A DNA stretch of 64,000 nucleotides from Bacteroidota bacterium (GTDB lineage: Bacteria > Bacteroidota > Bacteroidia > CAILMK01 > JACPUW01). Positions 1 to 10,320 of the stretch are shown one piece after another. Each line of letters begins with the position of its first letter. The first letter of the stretch is position 1. The translations under genes and the position numbers were made by a program. The notes beneath the pieces were generated by a model. The model had not been told where the DNA came from, searched no databases, and saw only the letters and a list, made by a program, of their open reading frames with translations. The DNA is taken from positions 11,496 to 75,495 of the forward strand of contig JACPUW010000044.1 of the NCBI GenBank assembly GCA_016192035.1. The letters run 5' to 3'.

Positions 1-591
1 CACGGGACCTCCGCAGCTCAATGAGTAAGCAGTGCTGCCCGTGGGCGTGGAAACCAGTAGTCCATCAGCCCAGTAGGTGTTAAATGGCAGGCCGTTTAAG
101 CCTGCGTGAATGGCCAGCATGGCCGAAGTATCGCGTTTGTGAAAACTAATGTCATTGAGTGAAATGGTGGTAAAGTGCTGTTTTCCTTTTACATCTGTTC
201 TCAGCACCGTGCGTTGTTCTATGTCATAAGCCCCGGTGGCTATTTGTTGGAGCGCACCCGCCAAAGCATCGGGGGTGGTGTGCGACAAAAAGCCCAACCT
301 TCCCGTGTTGATGCCAATCACCGGTATGCCGCTGTCTTTCACATATAGTAGAGAATCCAGCATGGTGCCATCGCCCCCTATACAAATAAAAACCTGTGGT
401 TTAAATCTGATAAGCTCACGGGTGTTGGAAAAGAGTTGAGGTACCTCATGCCTTCCCAAGTGCTTTATATGGGGGCCTAGGTTGCTGTGAAACACCATGC
501 CAACCCCCATCCCGCGCGAAATGTCCACGAGATGGTCAAATGTTTCTATTTCTGCCTGTTCAAGTATCCTGGCATATATGGCTGCTGTCAT
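1..591 (-). CDS. nadK: NAD kinase (3' end runs off the window)
   Basis: Not in the ORF track. Manual translation from ATG 591 gives IGGDGTML, GINTGRLGFL, LNDISFHK and ADGLLVSTPTGSTAYSLSCGGP, the NAD kinase signature motifs. Confidence 0.93.
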   Translation of the reverse strand, partial: MTAAIYARILEQAEIETFDHLVDISRGMGVGMVFHSNLGPHIKHLGRHEVPQLFSNTRELIRFKPQVFICIGGDGTMLDSLLYVKDSGIPVIGINTGRLGFLSHTTPDALAGALQQIATGAYDIEQRTVLRTDVKGKQHFTTISLNDISFHKRDTSAMLAIHAGLNGLPFNTYWADGLLVSTPTGSTAYSLSCGGPV

Positions 592-594
592 TCC

Positions 595-1242
595 TTATAT
601 GTTGAGGTATTTCATGAGTAGGTCGTAGCGGTCTGACATCCCATCGTCTTGTTTAACTGAAGACGAATGTGCCACACATGTATAGCCAAATCGCTCAAAG
701 GTGGCCAGGATATGGCGCAGGTCTTTTTGGTCTATCTTAATGGTACACAGTAAGCTTTCGTCCGGTTGTATAGGTTCAAAATGCAGGGATAGGATCCGCG
801 CGTTGTTGCTTTCCACTATCCTTGAAATTTCCTGTAGGTTGTAGTCGTTTTGGCCAAACCGTAGGCTGATAAACGCGCCCGGAAATTTGATTGACAGGGT
901 GTTGCTTAAATATTGAAGCACATCGGAGGCGCGCAGCAGGCCCAGCAGCTTGCCCTTGGGGCTCGTTACCGGCAGTGCCGACAGACCCCCATCTATAAAA
1001 AGTTTTATTACATCAAAAACAAAGAGATTCTGCCCAATGCTCATGGACAGCAGGTCAAGTTTGCCTATTGGGGTAGGGCCTGGCGTATCCTGGCGCACAT
1101 CCACAAGTCCCAGAAAATGTGATTTTTGGCACACCGCCAAATGGTAAACCCCCAAGTCTTGTGCCACCCGCCTGGCTTGTTCCATATGGCTGGCCGTATC
1201 AATTCGGGTTTGTTCCCGGTACATAAGGTCTTTCACTTGCAT
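595..1242 (-). CDS. CBS-domain protein with C-terminal ACT-like region (AcuB-like)
   Basis: CBS-like segments (SALPVTSPKGKLLGLL), EISRIVESNNARIL, C-terminal LMKYLNI; usual nadK neighbour in Bacteroidota. Confidence 0.75.
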   Translation of the reverse strand: MQVKDLMYREQTRIDTASHMEQARRVAQDLGVYHLAVCQKSHFLGLVDVRQDTPGPTPIGKLDLLSMSIGQNLFVFDVIKLFIDGGLSALPVTSPKGKLLGLLRASDVLQYLSNTLSIKFPGAFISLRFGQNDYNLQEISRIVESNNARILSLHFEPIQPDESLLCTIKIDQKDLRHILATFERFGYTCVAHSSSVKQDDGMSDRYDLLMKYLNI

Positions 1243-1245
1243 ATC

Positions 1246-1860
1246 TCAGTCAATTGCGCATAGGGTTTGTGGCGTGTGTGTCGCAGCAAATGAACGCTCT
1301 AGTGTGGTATCCAACCAGTTTAATACCAGCTGTGGGCCATTGGTGGTCAAATATGCCTCAGGATGAAACTGATGCCCCAATATGGGATACGCCACATGGC
1401 TTACCGACATGATTTCACCCTGTTGGCTACAGGCCGTTTCTTCCAGGCTTTTGGGCAATTGGTCAACCACGAGTGAATGGTACCTGGTGGCGGTGAACGG
1501 GTTGGGCACCTGCCTAAACATGGCATGTCCGCCATGGCGCAGAAGGCTGGTCTTGCCATGCATGGGCCTGGTTGCCTGGCGTACACGCGCACCATAATAG
1601 TGGCAAATGGACTGATGGCCAAGGCAAATGCCCAGTATGGGTATCTTTCCCTCATAGTGCGCGATCAACTCTTTGTGTGCAGGGTACTGGCGCGGATGCC
1701 CGGGCCCAGGGCTTATGGCCAAGCCGGTAAGGGGCAATTCATACACTTGTCGAACCGCCAGCGCGTCGTAACGCACGGTAACCACCTCCTGCCCCCGCAT
1801 TACCAGCAGGTTTTGCAGGTTATAGGTAAAAGAGTCAAAATTGTCAACTAGCAGTATCAA
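1246..1860 (-). CDS. Anthranilate/aminodeoxychorismate synthase component II (class I glutamine amidotransferase)
   Basis: DNFDSFTYNL, ISPGPGHP, GICLGHQ, RYHSL, QFHPE motifs; trpG versus pabA cannot be resolved. Confidence 0.93.
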   Translation of the reverse strand: MILLVDNFDSFTYNLQNLLVMRGQEVVTVRYDALAVRQVYELPLTGLAISPGPGHPRQYPAHKELIAHYEGKIPILGICLGHQSICHYYGARVRQATRPMHGKTSLLRHGGHAMFRQVPNPFTATRYHSLVVDQLPKSLEETACSQQGEIMSVSHVAYPILGHQFHPEAYLTTNGPQLVLNWLDTTLERSFAATHTPQTLCAID

Positions 1861-2392
1861 TCCGTTTGGCTATGGTGTCAAAATAGGCTTCAATATTCGC
1901 CATTAATTCCTTTAGCCAGGGTATTAATTCGCCAAAATGCGCGATGGTTTCATTAAAGGCCACCCGTATCACCGGGTATAACAAAGATTCTTGCAGTAGG
2001 GAGGGTGGTACAAGGTGTGATTTGTTGAGCAACCACACTACGCCTCCCAAAATGAAAGTTGCGCTGAGCAATCCAAACAGCGCGCCACACAATCGGTTTA
2101 TCAGGGAGAGCGGTGTTTGTCCCAAAAGCCTGTCCATGGCCAGTCCTACCAATCTAAACACCACATACACAGCTAAAAACACGGTAAGGTAAACCAGTAT
2201 AGGAAGGTAGGCCGTATCAAATTCATATGTGCGGTGGGTATAGGCCAATACGCTGTGGCCTAAGTGAAGGGAGGCAATAAATCCCAATCCAAGGGAAAGA
2301 AAACCAACTACTTGCTTGACCAAGCCTTTGCTAAACCCCACATACACCATAGCGGCCAGGGGGATCAAGAGGCCCAGGTCTAGGGAATTCAT
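1844..2392 (-). CDS. cvpA: CvpA family membrane protein
   Basis: N-terminal MNxLD, GFSKGLV, NRLCGALFG and ESLLYP patterns; four hydrophobic segments. Confidence 0.85.
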   Translation of the reverse strand: MNSLDLGLLIPLAAMVYVGFSKGLVKQVVGFLSLGLGFIASLHLGHSVLAYTHRTYEFDTAYLPILVYLTVFLAVYVVFRLVGLAMDRLLGQTPLSLINRLCGALFGLLSATFILGGVVWLLNKSHLVPPSLLQESLLYPVIRVAFNETIAHFGELIPWLKELMANIEAYFDTIAKRIDTAS

Positions 2393-2841
2393 TGGCCCAA
2401 TATGCGGGCCACCAGGGGCGAAATGGTTTTTCCATCTGCGCGGCCGCCAGCCGCTTTGATGGTTTCGCTCATTACCAATCCCATTTGGGCCTTGCCGGTG
2501 GCGCCCGTCCGGGCTATCACATCTCGCACCAGGCTTTCCAGCTCTTCAGGGCTAAGTGCTTGGGGAAGCAGTTTTTCCAGTATGGCCAACTCATCTTCCT
2601 CCTCGCGGGCCAGATCAGGCCTAGACTGTTGCTGATAAATGGCTATGGAATCCTTCCGCTGTTTCACCAGCTTCTGCACCAATTTGATCCCTTGCTCATC
2701 GGTTATTCCATCACCGGCGCCTGCCTCCGTTTTTGCCAGTAGAATGGCCGATTTCAATGCCCTAAGTGCCCTTAGGGCGGCCTGGTCTTTTGAACGCATG
2801 GCCGCCTTAAGGGATTCTTGTATGTTCAACTCAAAATTCAT
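2389..2841 (-). CDS. GatB/YqeY domain protein
   Basis: LKAAMRSKD, LRALKSAI, KQRKDSIAIY, GRADGK motifs. Confidence 0.92.
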   Translation of the reverse strand: MNFELNIQESLKAAMRSKDQAALRALRALKSAILLAKTEAGAGDGITDEQGIKLVQKLVKQRKDSIAIYQQQSRPDLAREEEDELAILEKLLPQALSPEELESLVRDVIARTGATGKAQMGLVMSETIKAAGGRADGKTISPLVARILGQ

Positions 2842-2845
2842 GGCA

Positions 2846-4195
2846 CTAAACTACGCCCTGGGCAATCATGGCGTTGGCTACCTTTTCAAATCCGGCTATG
2901 TTGGCCCCTACCACGTAGTTGCGCTCATGGCCATACTTTTTGGAGGTGGCAAGTGCCTCGGCATGTATGTTCCTCATGATGGCCTTAAGCCTGGCTTCTA
3001 CTTCTTCGCTTGTCCAGTAAAGCCGTAGGCTGTTTTGTGACATTTCCAAACCTGATGTGGCTACCCCGCCGGCGTTTGATGCCTTGCCCGGGGCGTACAG
3101 TATGTTGTTGCTCAGGAATATGTTCACCGCCTCCAAATCGCTTGGCATGTTGGCGCCCTCGCTCACTAGCTGTATCCCGTTGTTTATCAGGTTCTGGGCG
3201 TCCTTCCCATTGATTTCGTTTTGGGTAGCGCTGGGGAAAGCACAATCGGCTTTGTGGTTCCAAAGGGGGTTGTAATCCAATTTGGCATCCACCGGCACAA
3301 ACACCGCCGAGGCAAAAGCATCGGCATATTCGGCTATCCGTCCGCGTCGATTGTTTTTCAAATCCATGATAAACTCCAGTTTTTTGGTGTCTATGCCTTT
3401 TTCATCGTAGATATAACCCGATGAATCAGAAGCGGTGACAGGGGTAGCCCCCAGTTGCAGGAGTTTCTCTATGGTATATTGGGCCACATTGCCTGAGCCC
3501 GACACCAGGCAGCGCTTGCCCTTAAAGGTCTGGCCCACGGTTTCCAACATGTTCTCCGCAAAAAATACGTTGCCATAGCCGGTAGCTTCAGGCCTAATAA
3601 GGCTACCGCCCCATCCCAGGCCTTTACCGGTCAGTACGCCCGTCCACTCATTGCGCAGTTTCTTATACATGCCAAAGAGGTAGCCTATTTCACGCCCGCC
3701 CACGCCTATGTCGCCGGCAGGAACGTCGGTGTCAGGGCCTATGTGCCTATATAATTCGGCCATAAATGCCTGGCAAAAACGCATGACCTCAGCGTCCGAT
3801 TTGCCTTTGGGGTCAAAGTCTGAACCACCCTTGCCGCCCCCCATGGGCAGGCCGGTCAGGGCGTTTTTAAATATTTGTTCAAATGCCAAAAACTTCAGTA
3901 TGCCTTGGTTCACACTGGGGTGAAAACGCAAACCACCTTTATAAGGGCCTATGGCACTGTTCATTTGTATCCTATAGCCCCTGTTTACCTGCACCTTGCC
4001 TTGATCATCTGTCCAGGTAACCCTAAAGGTTACCAGTCGCTCTGGCTCCACTATGCGGTCCAGTATATTGTGCTTGCGCAATGCGGTATTTTTGTCAAGC
4101 ACGGGTATGATAGATTCATATAGCTCAGTAACAGCCTGTATGAACTCGGGTTCACCCGGATTTTTAGCCTTTAAGGCCTGTAAGAAATCAGACAT
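2846..4195 (-). CDS. gdhA: NADP-specific glutamate dehydrogenase
   Basis: GPYKGGLRFHPSVN, GGGKGGSDFDP, DVPAGDIGVG, RPEATGYG, GSGNVAQ motifs. Confidence 0.97.
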   Translation of the reverse strand: MSDFLQALKAKNPGEPEFIQAVTELYESIIPVLDKNTALRKHNILDRIVEPERLVTFRVTWTDDQGKVQVNRGYRIQMNSAIGPYKGGLRFHPSVNQGILKFLAFEQIFKNALTGLPMGGGKGGSDFDPKGKSDAEVMRFCQAFMAELYRHIGPDTDVPAGDIGVGGREIGYLFGMYKKLRNEWTGVLTGKGLGWGGSLIRPEATGYGNVFFAENMLETVGQTFKGKRCLVSGSGNVAQYTIEKLLQLGATPVTASDSSGYIYDEKGIDTKKLEFIMDLKNNRRGRIAEYADAFASAVFVPVDAKLDYNPLWNHKADCAFPSATQNEINGKDAQNLINNGIQLVSEGANMPSDLEAVNIFLSNNILYAPGKASNAGGVATSGLEMSQNSLRLYWTSEEVEARLKAIMRNIHAEALATSKKYGHERNYVVGANIAGFEKVANAMIAQGVV

Positions 4196-4221
4196 AAAAT
4201 GTGCTTAAGATTTTGAGGGTG

Positions 4222-4229
4222 CAAAAGTA
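4222..4229 (-). promoter_or_regulatory. Bacteroidota -7 promoter element for gdhA
   Basis: TACTTTTG on the minus strand matches TAnnTTTG, 26 nt upstream of the ATG. Confidence 0.6.
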
Positions 4230-4231
4230 GA

Positions 4232-4263
4232 TAGGTGCATGGCAGTTTGTGTAGGTGCATGGC
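4232..4263. repeat. 12-bp direct repeat TAGGTGCATGGC, two copies with 20-bp period
   Basis: Exact copies at 4232-4243 and 4252-4263. Confidence 0.85.
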
Positions 4264-4373
4264 GCGCTGCCCAATTCCGTGCCCCCCCAGGTCACCTAAT
4301 TCCTTAAAGTGGGTGAAACCGCGCACCTTTTAGGTTGTTTAGGCGGTTATTTGCGCCTAAAACCATAAAACCC

Positions 4374-6455
4374 TTGCAGGTTTATTTCCAATACCCTTAC
4401 AGCTACACTGCCGTGGCCATGTTGCTGGCCGCTTTGGCCACATGGTGGCTGTACCGCAAGTTTAGGATGCAGTATGACGCGGGTAATCCGGCATTCTGGG
4501 CTATGGCCACATGTAGGTTCTCTGCATTGGCCATTGTGGCGCTTTTGGTTTTGGTGCCGTTCATCCGGTTGATCCGCACCTACCTTGAGCCGCCCATCAT
4601 AGCCATTGGCCTTGATAATTCAGAGTCACTTACCCTAGTGGACGACTCGGTGCTCCAGGGCCTGGAAATGGGGCTTGAACAGATAACCCGTTCGTTAGAT
4701 GACTATGACATTGAATATTTTGTTTGGGGACAGGGGGTAGGCACCGGGGCTTGGAACCACCAAGAGACCAGGACAAACATCCAATCATGGTTGCAGTTTG
4801 CCAATAACCGCTACCGCTACCGCAACCTGGGCGCATTGCTCACCGTATCCGATGGGGTGTACAACCAAGGCGGCAACCCCCAATACAGCACGGGCCTGCT
4901 CCGCGCCCCACACTATATCATAGCACTGGGCGACACCACGCCCCCCTGCGATGCCAGAATAGCATCGGTCAACTTTAACGATTTGGCATACAAAGGCAAC
5001 CAGTTTCCCATAAAGGTGAGTGCCGTGGCCGAAAACCTGCCCAAAGGCGATATTTGGCTGGCCCTGGAGCATGAGGGTAAGGAACTGGCCCGCCAAAACT
5101 TGCGGATAAAGGAGGGAAAGAACTTTTGGGAAGCCAATTTCCTGGCCGAAGCCAAAGAAGTAGGCGTGCAGAAATACCTGGTGAAACTGGAGCACAAGCC
5201 AGGAGAGTTGACTTATGAAAACAATGAGTATGTAGTGTTTGTGGAGGTAATGGATGCCGATAAGTCCATACTTATAGCCTACGATGCCCCCCACCCTGAT
5301 GTGGCCGCTTTGAAGCGATCCCTTACCCGAAACCGAAATTTTGCCGTGGATGGTTGGTGGGTGAACGACACCGAGCGCAAACACGAACCCGCCGACCTGG
5401 GCAAGTACCACTTGGTGATAACCCACAACCTGCCCAGGGCCAACAATCCCAAAACAAACAAGATTTTCAAGGAATCACCCGCACTCTTCATGGTGTTTGA
5501 CAATACCGTGAATTTTCAGGCAATGAATACATTGCAACAACTTATTAGGGTGCAGGCCAAGGGCAATTCGGCCAACGAGGTGAGCGGCACCCTTAACCCG
5601 CAATTTTCCGCATTTGGACTTCCAGTCAAGAGCCCTATCAGCCCCAATGATTATCCGCCCTTGATGGCTCCCTTTGCCGATTTGGCAATTACAGGGCAGC
5701 ACGATGTGCTACTCTATCAGCGAATTGGACTCATTGACACAAAATACCCCTTGCTGGCCATAGGCCAAACCGAAGAAAAGAAAATGGGGTTCATGGCCGC
5801 AACGGGCATTTGGCGCTGGTATATGCATGGATTTGCCGCACAGGGAAATGCCCAGTACCTCGACGATATGATAGGCCAAACGGTGCAGTTCCTGGCTACC
5901 AAGGAAGACAAGCGGCGCATGCGCCCAAACAAGTCAAAATACCTGTTTAAGGAAACTGAAGACGTGGTGTTTGCCATTACATATTACGATAAAAACTTCA
6001 ATCCCAGCCCCAACGCCAATGTGGAGATGCGGGCAATTGATGAAGAAGGCAAGGATTATGTGTTTGGTTTTGCGCCTACCGGCAATTACTATGAAATGAA
6101 CGCGGGACAACTGCCGCCGGGCGAATACGCCTACACCATATCGGGCAGTTTGGAAAATGACCGACATGAACTCAAAGGCCGGTTTACCGTGTCGGAGGTG
6201 AGGCTGGAGCGTGCGCAGCCAGTGGCCAACCACGGCCTGCTCTTCCAGCTGGCCAACGACAACAACGGGAAACTGTATTACCCTCACCAACTGGATGAAT
6301 TGGCCAGCGTGCTGAAAGAGGGACAGGGGATGGTACCCATACGACATGAAAAAGCCCAAATTACCGAACTCATACACAACAAATGGCTATTTGTGCTTGT
6401 AATATTGTTGCTCACAGCCGAATGGATATTGAGAAAACACAACGGTGCATATTGA
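4374..6455 (+). CDS. Membrane-anchored VWA-like domain protein
   Basis: N-terminal TM helices, MIDAS-like LDNSES, TNI and VSDG motifs, Ig-like middle, C-terminal TM ending EWILRK. TTG 4374 chosen as start (ORF open from 4335). Confidence 0.65.
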   Translation: MQVYFQYPYSYTAVAMLLAALATWWLYRKFRMQYDAGNPAFWAMATCRFSALAIVALLVLVPFIRLIRTYLEPPIIAIGLDNSESLTLVDDSVLQGLEMGLEQITRSLDDYDIEYFVWGQGVGTGAWNHQETRTNIQSWLQFANNRYRYRNLGALLTVSDGVYNQGGNPQYSTGLLRAPHYIIALGDTTPPCDARIASVNFNDLAYKGNQFPIKVSAVAENLPKGDIWLALEHEGKELARQNLRIKEGKNFWEANFLAEAKEVGVQKYLVKLEHKPGELTYENNEYVVFVEVMDADKSILIAYDAPHPDVAALKRSLTRNRNFAVDGWWVNDTERKHEPADLGKYHLVITHNLPRANNPKTNKIFKESPALFMVFDNTVNFQAMNTLQQLIRVQAKGNSANEVSGTLNPQFSAFGLPVKSPISPNDYPPLMAPFADLAITGQHDVLLYQRIGLIDTKYPLLAIGQTEEKKMGFMAATGIWRWYMHGFAAQGNAQYLDDMIGQTVQFLATKEDKRRMRPNKSKYLFKETEDVVFAITYYDKNFNPSPNANVEMRAIDEEGKDYVFGFAPTGNYYEMNAGQLPPGEYAYTISGSLENDRHELKGRFTVSEVRLERAQPVANHGLLFQLANDNNGKLYYPHQLDELASVLKEGQGMVPIRHEKAQITELIHNKWLFVLVILLLTAEWILRKHNGAY

Positions 6456-9400
6456 AACAGGTGAAATACATAGCCTTGCTGGCCTTGTTGGCTTGCCCGG
6501 CACCTGGGGCATGGGCGCAGGGCTTTCGCACCGAGTTTGGCAAAAACCGCCTGCAAACCAAGCCATATGACTGGAAGTTCTTTAAAAATGACCAGTTTGA
6601 TGTGTACTACTATCTCACAGGCCGTGACCTGGCAGTGTTTGTGGCTCAGGAGGCGGGCTACCACATTAATGAAATAGAGTCATTCTTTGATTTTAGGCTG
6701 GACATCAAGATTCAGTTTGTGTTGTACAACTCTAAATTGGACTATGGCCAGAGCAATATGTTTCTGGAGCGCGATGCCTATAACATAGGCGGTACTACCC
6801 GAATCATTGGGGCTACCTGCTTCATATACTACCCGGGCAACCACTTTGATTTTGTGAGGAACATACGGCAGGGTGTGGGCCAAGTAGTGATCAATGAAAT
6901 GCTCTATGGCGGCAGCGTGCAGGAACGCATTCAGAATGCCACACTCCTCCACTTGCCTGACTGGTATGTAAATGGACTTGTGAACCACGTGTCGCTTGGA
7001 TGGGACCACGAACTGGATTCCCGTCTTAAAAATGCCATTCTCAGTGGCAAGCTTAAAAAAATGGGTGCCCTCAAAAAGGAAAACCGCGACCTGGTGAGCC
7101 AGGCTATGTGGATGTATATAGACCGCCGATACGGCAAGGACGTCATTTCCAACATACTGTATGTGTCTAGGGTGAACAAGAACCTGGAGAGTGGGTATTT
7201 ATATGTGCTGGGCAAAAACCTATGGGAGGTGTATGACGAGTGGTACCAATTTACACTGGGTTACTACCAGAACCAGGCATTGACAGGCAACGAATACTCT
7301 GAAAGGATAGCCTTAAACAAACGCTTGTTTAAAAACAAGGCAGCTACCCACATGGCGCTGAGCCATGACCAGGGCCATTTGGCCTTGGCCACCAATATGC
7401 TGGGCAAAGTGAAGCTCTATACGGTGGATATGGCCACAGGCCAAGCCCAAAAGATATTTGCCATGGGCTACAAGAGCCTGTCAAACGAACCCGATTTCAG
7501 CTATCCGGTATTCTGCTGGGATAGCCGGAAGCGGGTACTGCACTATGTGTACGAAAAGAAAGGGGTGCCCTGGTACGTGCAGTACGACCTGGCCACCAAG
7601 GGCACCGTGCGCAAAGAACCGCTCACCCAGATTCAAAGGGTCTATTCCATGAGCATGTCGCCCGACGGCAGGAGCATTGCCATCTCGGGCCTTAAAAATG
7701 GACGAACGGATATCATGGTGCTCGATGCCACCACGGCTTTTGTGCGCTCCATAACCAACGATGACTACGACGACCTAGACCCCATTTTTACCAAAGGCGG
7801 CGAAGAGATCGTTTTTAGCAGCAACCGTCCTTCAACGGCATTTAAGGAATTAAAGAAGTTTCAAAACAACTTTGATTTCGCCGAGAGCTTTGACCTCTAT
7901 TCCTATGACTACAAGGGGAAAGCTGAATCATTTAGCCGCATCACCCACACACCTTCATTTAACGAAACCCAGCCCAGGATGTATGGCGATAGCCTACTGG
8001 CTTTTGTGCACGATGAAAGCGGATACCTAAACCTGGGCATACTGGAGCAACACCACAGGTATGATGGATTGCAGGTTATTGTTAAGAAAAAGAACAATTT
8101 AATTAGCCCAAATGATACAGTTTACCTCCCATCGAAGGCCGATTATGAGGCTTTTATCAAGGAAATGGACGACTCGGCATATGCCAATATTTCGCGCATA
8201 GATACCCAGGGGGTATTCTTTGACACGGCCCACCTCTACCAGGCCACCGACTACAGCGAAAATGTGATGCACTATGAGCTCACCCGTGAGGGGAAGGCCT
8301 ATCACCTGGGTATGCATGACAATCTGTATGGCGTGTTTGCCACACAACTTAAGCCTATGGGCCAACTGGTGCCACTCAAAGGTGGCCAAGCCAGAAACTA
8401 CATGGGAATGATGGCCGACCCAGTCAATGATGAAGTAAATAACAGTAACGACGGGCCTAGCCCCAAAGACAGTTTCCCATACTACTTTATTACTGGGTTT
8501 GAAGACTTGGCCACACAGGGCGACGAAAACGAAGGAAAGGAACAGGCCCCGCTGCTAGATAGCAAAAAAAACCTGGTGAACAGCGGGCGGGATGACGAAA
8601 CCGGCCGCGACCAATCGAGCTATTATTTCCTGGCCTTTGCGCCTGATGAGGTAATTACCCAATTTGATATAGGGTATTTCAACACGCCATACCTGCCCTA
8701 TGCACCCGGCGACAACTCCGTGAACTTCCCCGGACTCAGGGGCTTGTCGCGCATTGCCGTGAGCGATATGTTTAAGGACTACCGTTTGGAAGGCGGGGTG
8801 CGCCCTTCTGTTAACCTCAACAGCCTAGACTACTTTGGCCGCTACCAGAATTTTAAGAAAAGAATGGACAAGGAGCTGGCCTACTATAGGATGGGCAATA
8901 GGGAATCCAATGATACCACCAGTTTGAAAACCGTGGTACAAGAGCTCAGGTACGTGCTAAAATATCCTTTTACCGAAGTGGCAGCCTTGCGCGGACATGT
9001 GTTTGCCAGGCAAGACAACAAAGTGGCACTGGCCACCAGCCGCGATGCACTTTTGGCCGAACCCGTTCCGGTATATTGGGTGGGCGGCAAGGTGGAGTTT
9101 GTGTATGACAATACCATGGCCGACGGCGTGAACACCCTTTACGGAACCCGATATAAGCTCTATTATGAAAACTTTACCCAGTTGGCCGACAACAAGATAC
9201 TGCATATAGTAGGCGGTGATTTCAGAAGTTATCTTAAGATTTACCGCAACTTTATATGGGCCAATAGATTGGCCTTTGCATCATCACTGGGTAAACATAA
9301 GGTGGTGTACTTTTTGGGCGGTACCGAAAATTGGCTTGCCCCCAGGTTTAACAATGAAATCAGCGTGGATGAGGAGCGCGACTATGTGTTTAAGTCAGGG

Positions 9401-9802
9401 GCGGTAAACCTTAGGGGATTTCAGCAAAACATAAGAAACGGGGCATCCTATTGTGTGGTCAACTCCGAGTTTAGGCTGCCCTTATTCAGGTTTTTTTCCA
9501 ATAAGCCCTTAAAATCCAATTTCTTGGAAAATTTCCAAGTGGTAGGTTTTGGCGACATTGGGGTTGCCTTCAATGGTTACTCGCCATTTGACGAAGAAAA
9601 TGCGTTCAACAAAAAGGTGTTTTATGCCGACCCGGTGCGCGTGGAGCGTTGGAGCCTGCGCAAGCCTGTGGTAGGGGGCTATGGTTTTGGCCTGCGAAGC
9701 AATGTGTTGGGCTACTTTGTGAGGCTAGACTGGGCTTGGGGGCGTGAGGCAGGCATAGAACCCAACCGGGTGGTGTACCTCAGTTTGGGCACCGATTTTT
9801 AA
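6452..9802 (+). CDS. Secreted peptidase-like / TolB(WD40)-propeller / Omp85-like beta-barrel protein
   Basis: Signal peptide, FGKNRLQ, LPDWYVNGL, PD40-type repeats (MSPDGRSIAIS, DLDPIFTKGGEEIVFSSNR), NLRGF loop and aromatic C-terminus YLSLGTDF. Start TTG 6452 or GTG 6461. Confidence 0.7.
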   Translation: MKQVKYIALLALLACPAPGAWAQGFRTEFGKNRLQTKPYDWKFFKNDQFDVYYYLTGRDLAVFVAQEAGYHINEIESFFDFRLDIKIQFVLYNSKLDYGQSNMFLERDAYNIGGTTRIIGATCFIYYPGNHFDFVRNIRQGVGQVVINEMLYGGSVQERIQNATLLHLPDWYVNGLVNHVSLGWDHELDSRLKNAILSGKLKKMGALKKENRDLVSQAMWMYIDRRYGKDVISNILYVSRVNKNLESGYLYVLGKNLWEVYDEWYQFTLGYYQNQALTGNEYSERIALNKRLFKNKAATHMALSHDQGHLALATNMLGKVKLYTVDMATGQAQKIFAMGYKSLSNEPDFSYPVFCWDSRKRVLHYVYEKKGVPWYVQYDLATKGTVRKEPLTQIQRVYSMSMSPDGRSIAISGLKNGRTDIMVLDATTAFVRSITNDDYDDLDPIFTKGGEEIVFSSNRPSTAFKELKKFQNNFDFAESFDLYSYDYKGKAESFSRITHTPSFNETQPRMYGDSLLAFVHDESGYLNLGILEQHHRYDGLQVIVKKKNNLISPNDTVYLPSKADYEAFIKEMDDSAYANISRIDTQGVFFDTAHLYQATDYSENVMHYELTREGKAYHLGMHDNLYGVFATQLKPMGQLVPLKGGQARNYMGMMADPVNDEVNNSNDGPSPKDSFPYYFITGFEDLATQGDENEGKEQAPLLDSKKNLVNSGRDDETGRDQSSYYFLAFAPDEVITQFDIGYFNTPYLPYAPGDNSVNFPGLRGLSRIAVSDMFKDYRLEGGVRPSVNLNSLDYFGRYQNFKKRMDKELAYYRMGNRESNDTTSLKTVVQELRYVLKYPFTEVAALRGHVFARQDNKVALATSRDALLAEPVPVYWVGGKVEFVYDNTMADGVNTLYGTRYKLYYENFTQLADNKILHIVGGDFRSYLKIYRNFIWANRLAFASSLGKHKVVYFLGGTENWLAPRFNNEISVDEERDYVFKSGAVNLRGFQQNIRNGASYCVVNSEFRLPLFRFFSNKPLKSNFLENFQVVGFGDIGVAFNGYSPFDEENAFNKKVFYADPVRVERWSLRKPVVGGYGFGLRSNVLGYFVRLDWAWGREAGIEPNRVVYLSLGTDF

Positions 9803-9834
9803 GCCCGGCGCACAGGAATAATTGGCCAGTTAGC

Positions 9835-10320
9835 TTAAAGCCCCTGGCTATACTTGAGCCCCAGTAGGTTTACCACGGCTTCAGCCGCTTCTTCACCCTT
9901 ATTGCCCAGCGCGCCGCCGGCGCGGGCCAGGGCCTGGTGATGGTCAAGTACCGTGAGCAGGCCATACCCCACTGGCCGCAGTGTGTTCAGGGCCAGTTCG
10001 CTTAGCCGTTGGGTTACTGAATCGGCTATAAATTCAAAATGTGGCGTTTCCCCCTTTATAAGGCACCCAATGGCTATAACCCCATCATACCTTCCGGTTT
10101 CAAGCATGAGTGCTACGCCCAGGGGCAGTTCAAAGGCCCCGCTCACCGCTTGCCGCTGTATCTGCGAGGGGTGTATGCCTATACCGGTGAGATACTTGGC
10201 CGCACCATCGGCCAGTAAGGTAGTTATGTCGCTGTTCCACTGCGCCCATACTATGCCAAACCTGCTCGATAGCGCCCTAGGGTGTGCCGGCAGTTTCTGG
10301 AATTCATGGCCGGCGTTCAC
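9835..10320 (-). CDS. ribH: 6,7-dimethyl-8-ribityllumazine synthase
   Basis: AQWN, VSGAFELP, GCLIKGETPHFEFI, GNKGEEAA motifs. Confidence 0.95.
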   Translation of the reverse strand: MNAGHEFQKLPAHPRALSSRFGIVWAQWNSDITTLLADGAAKYLTGIGIHPSQIQRQAVSGAFELPLGVALMLETGRYDGVIAIGCLIKGETPHFEFIADSVTQRLSELALNTLRPVGYGLLTVLDHHQALARAGGALGNKGEEAAEAVVNLLGLKYSQGL

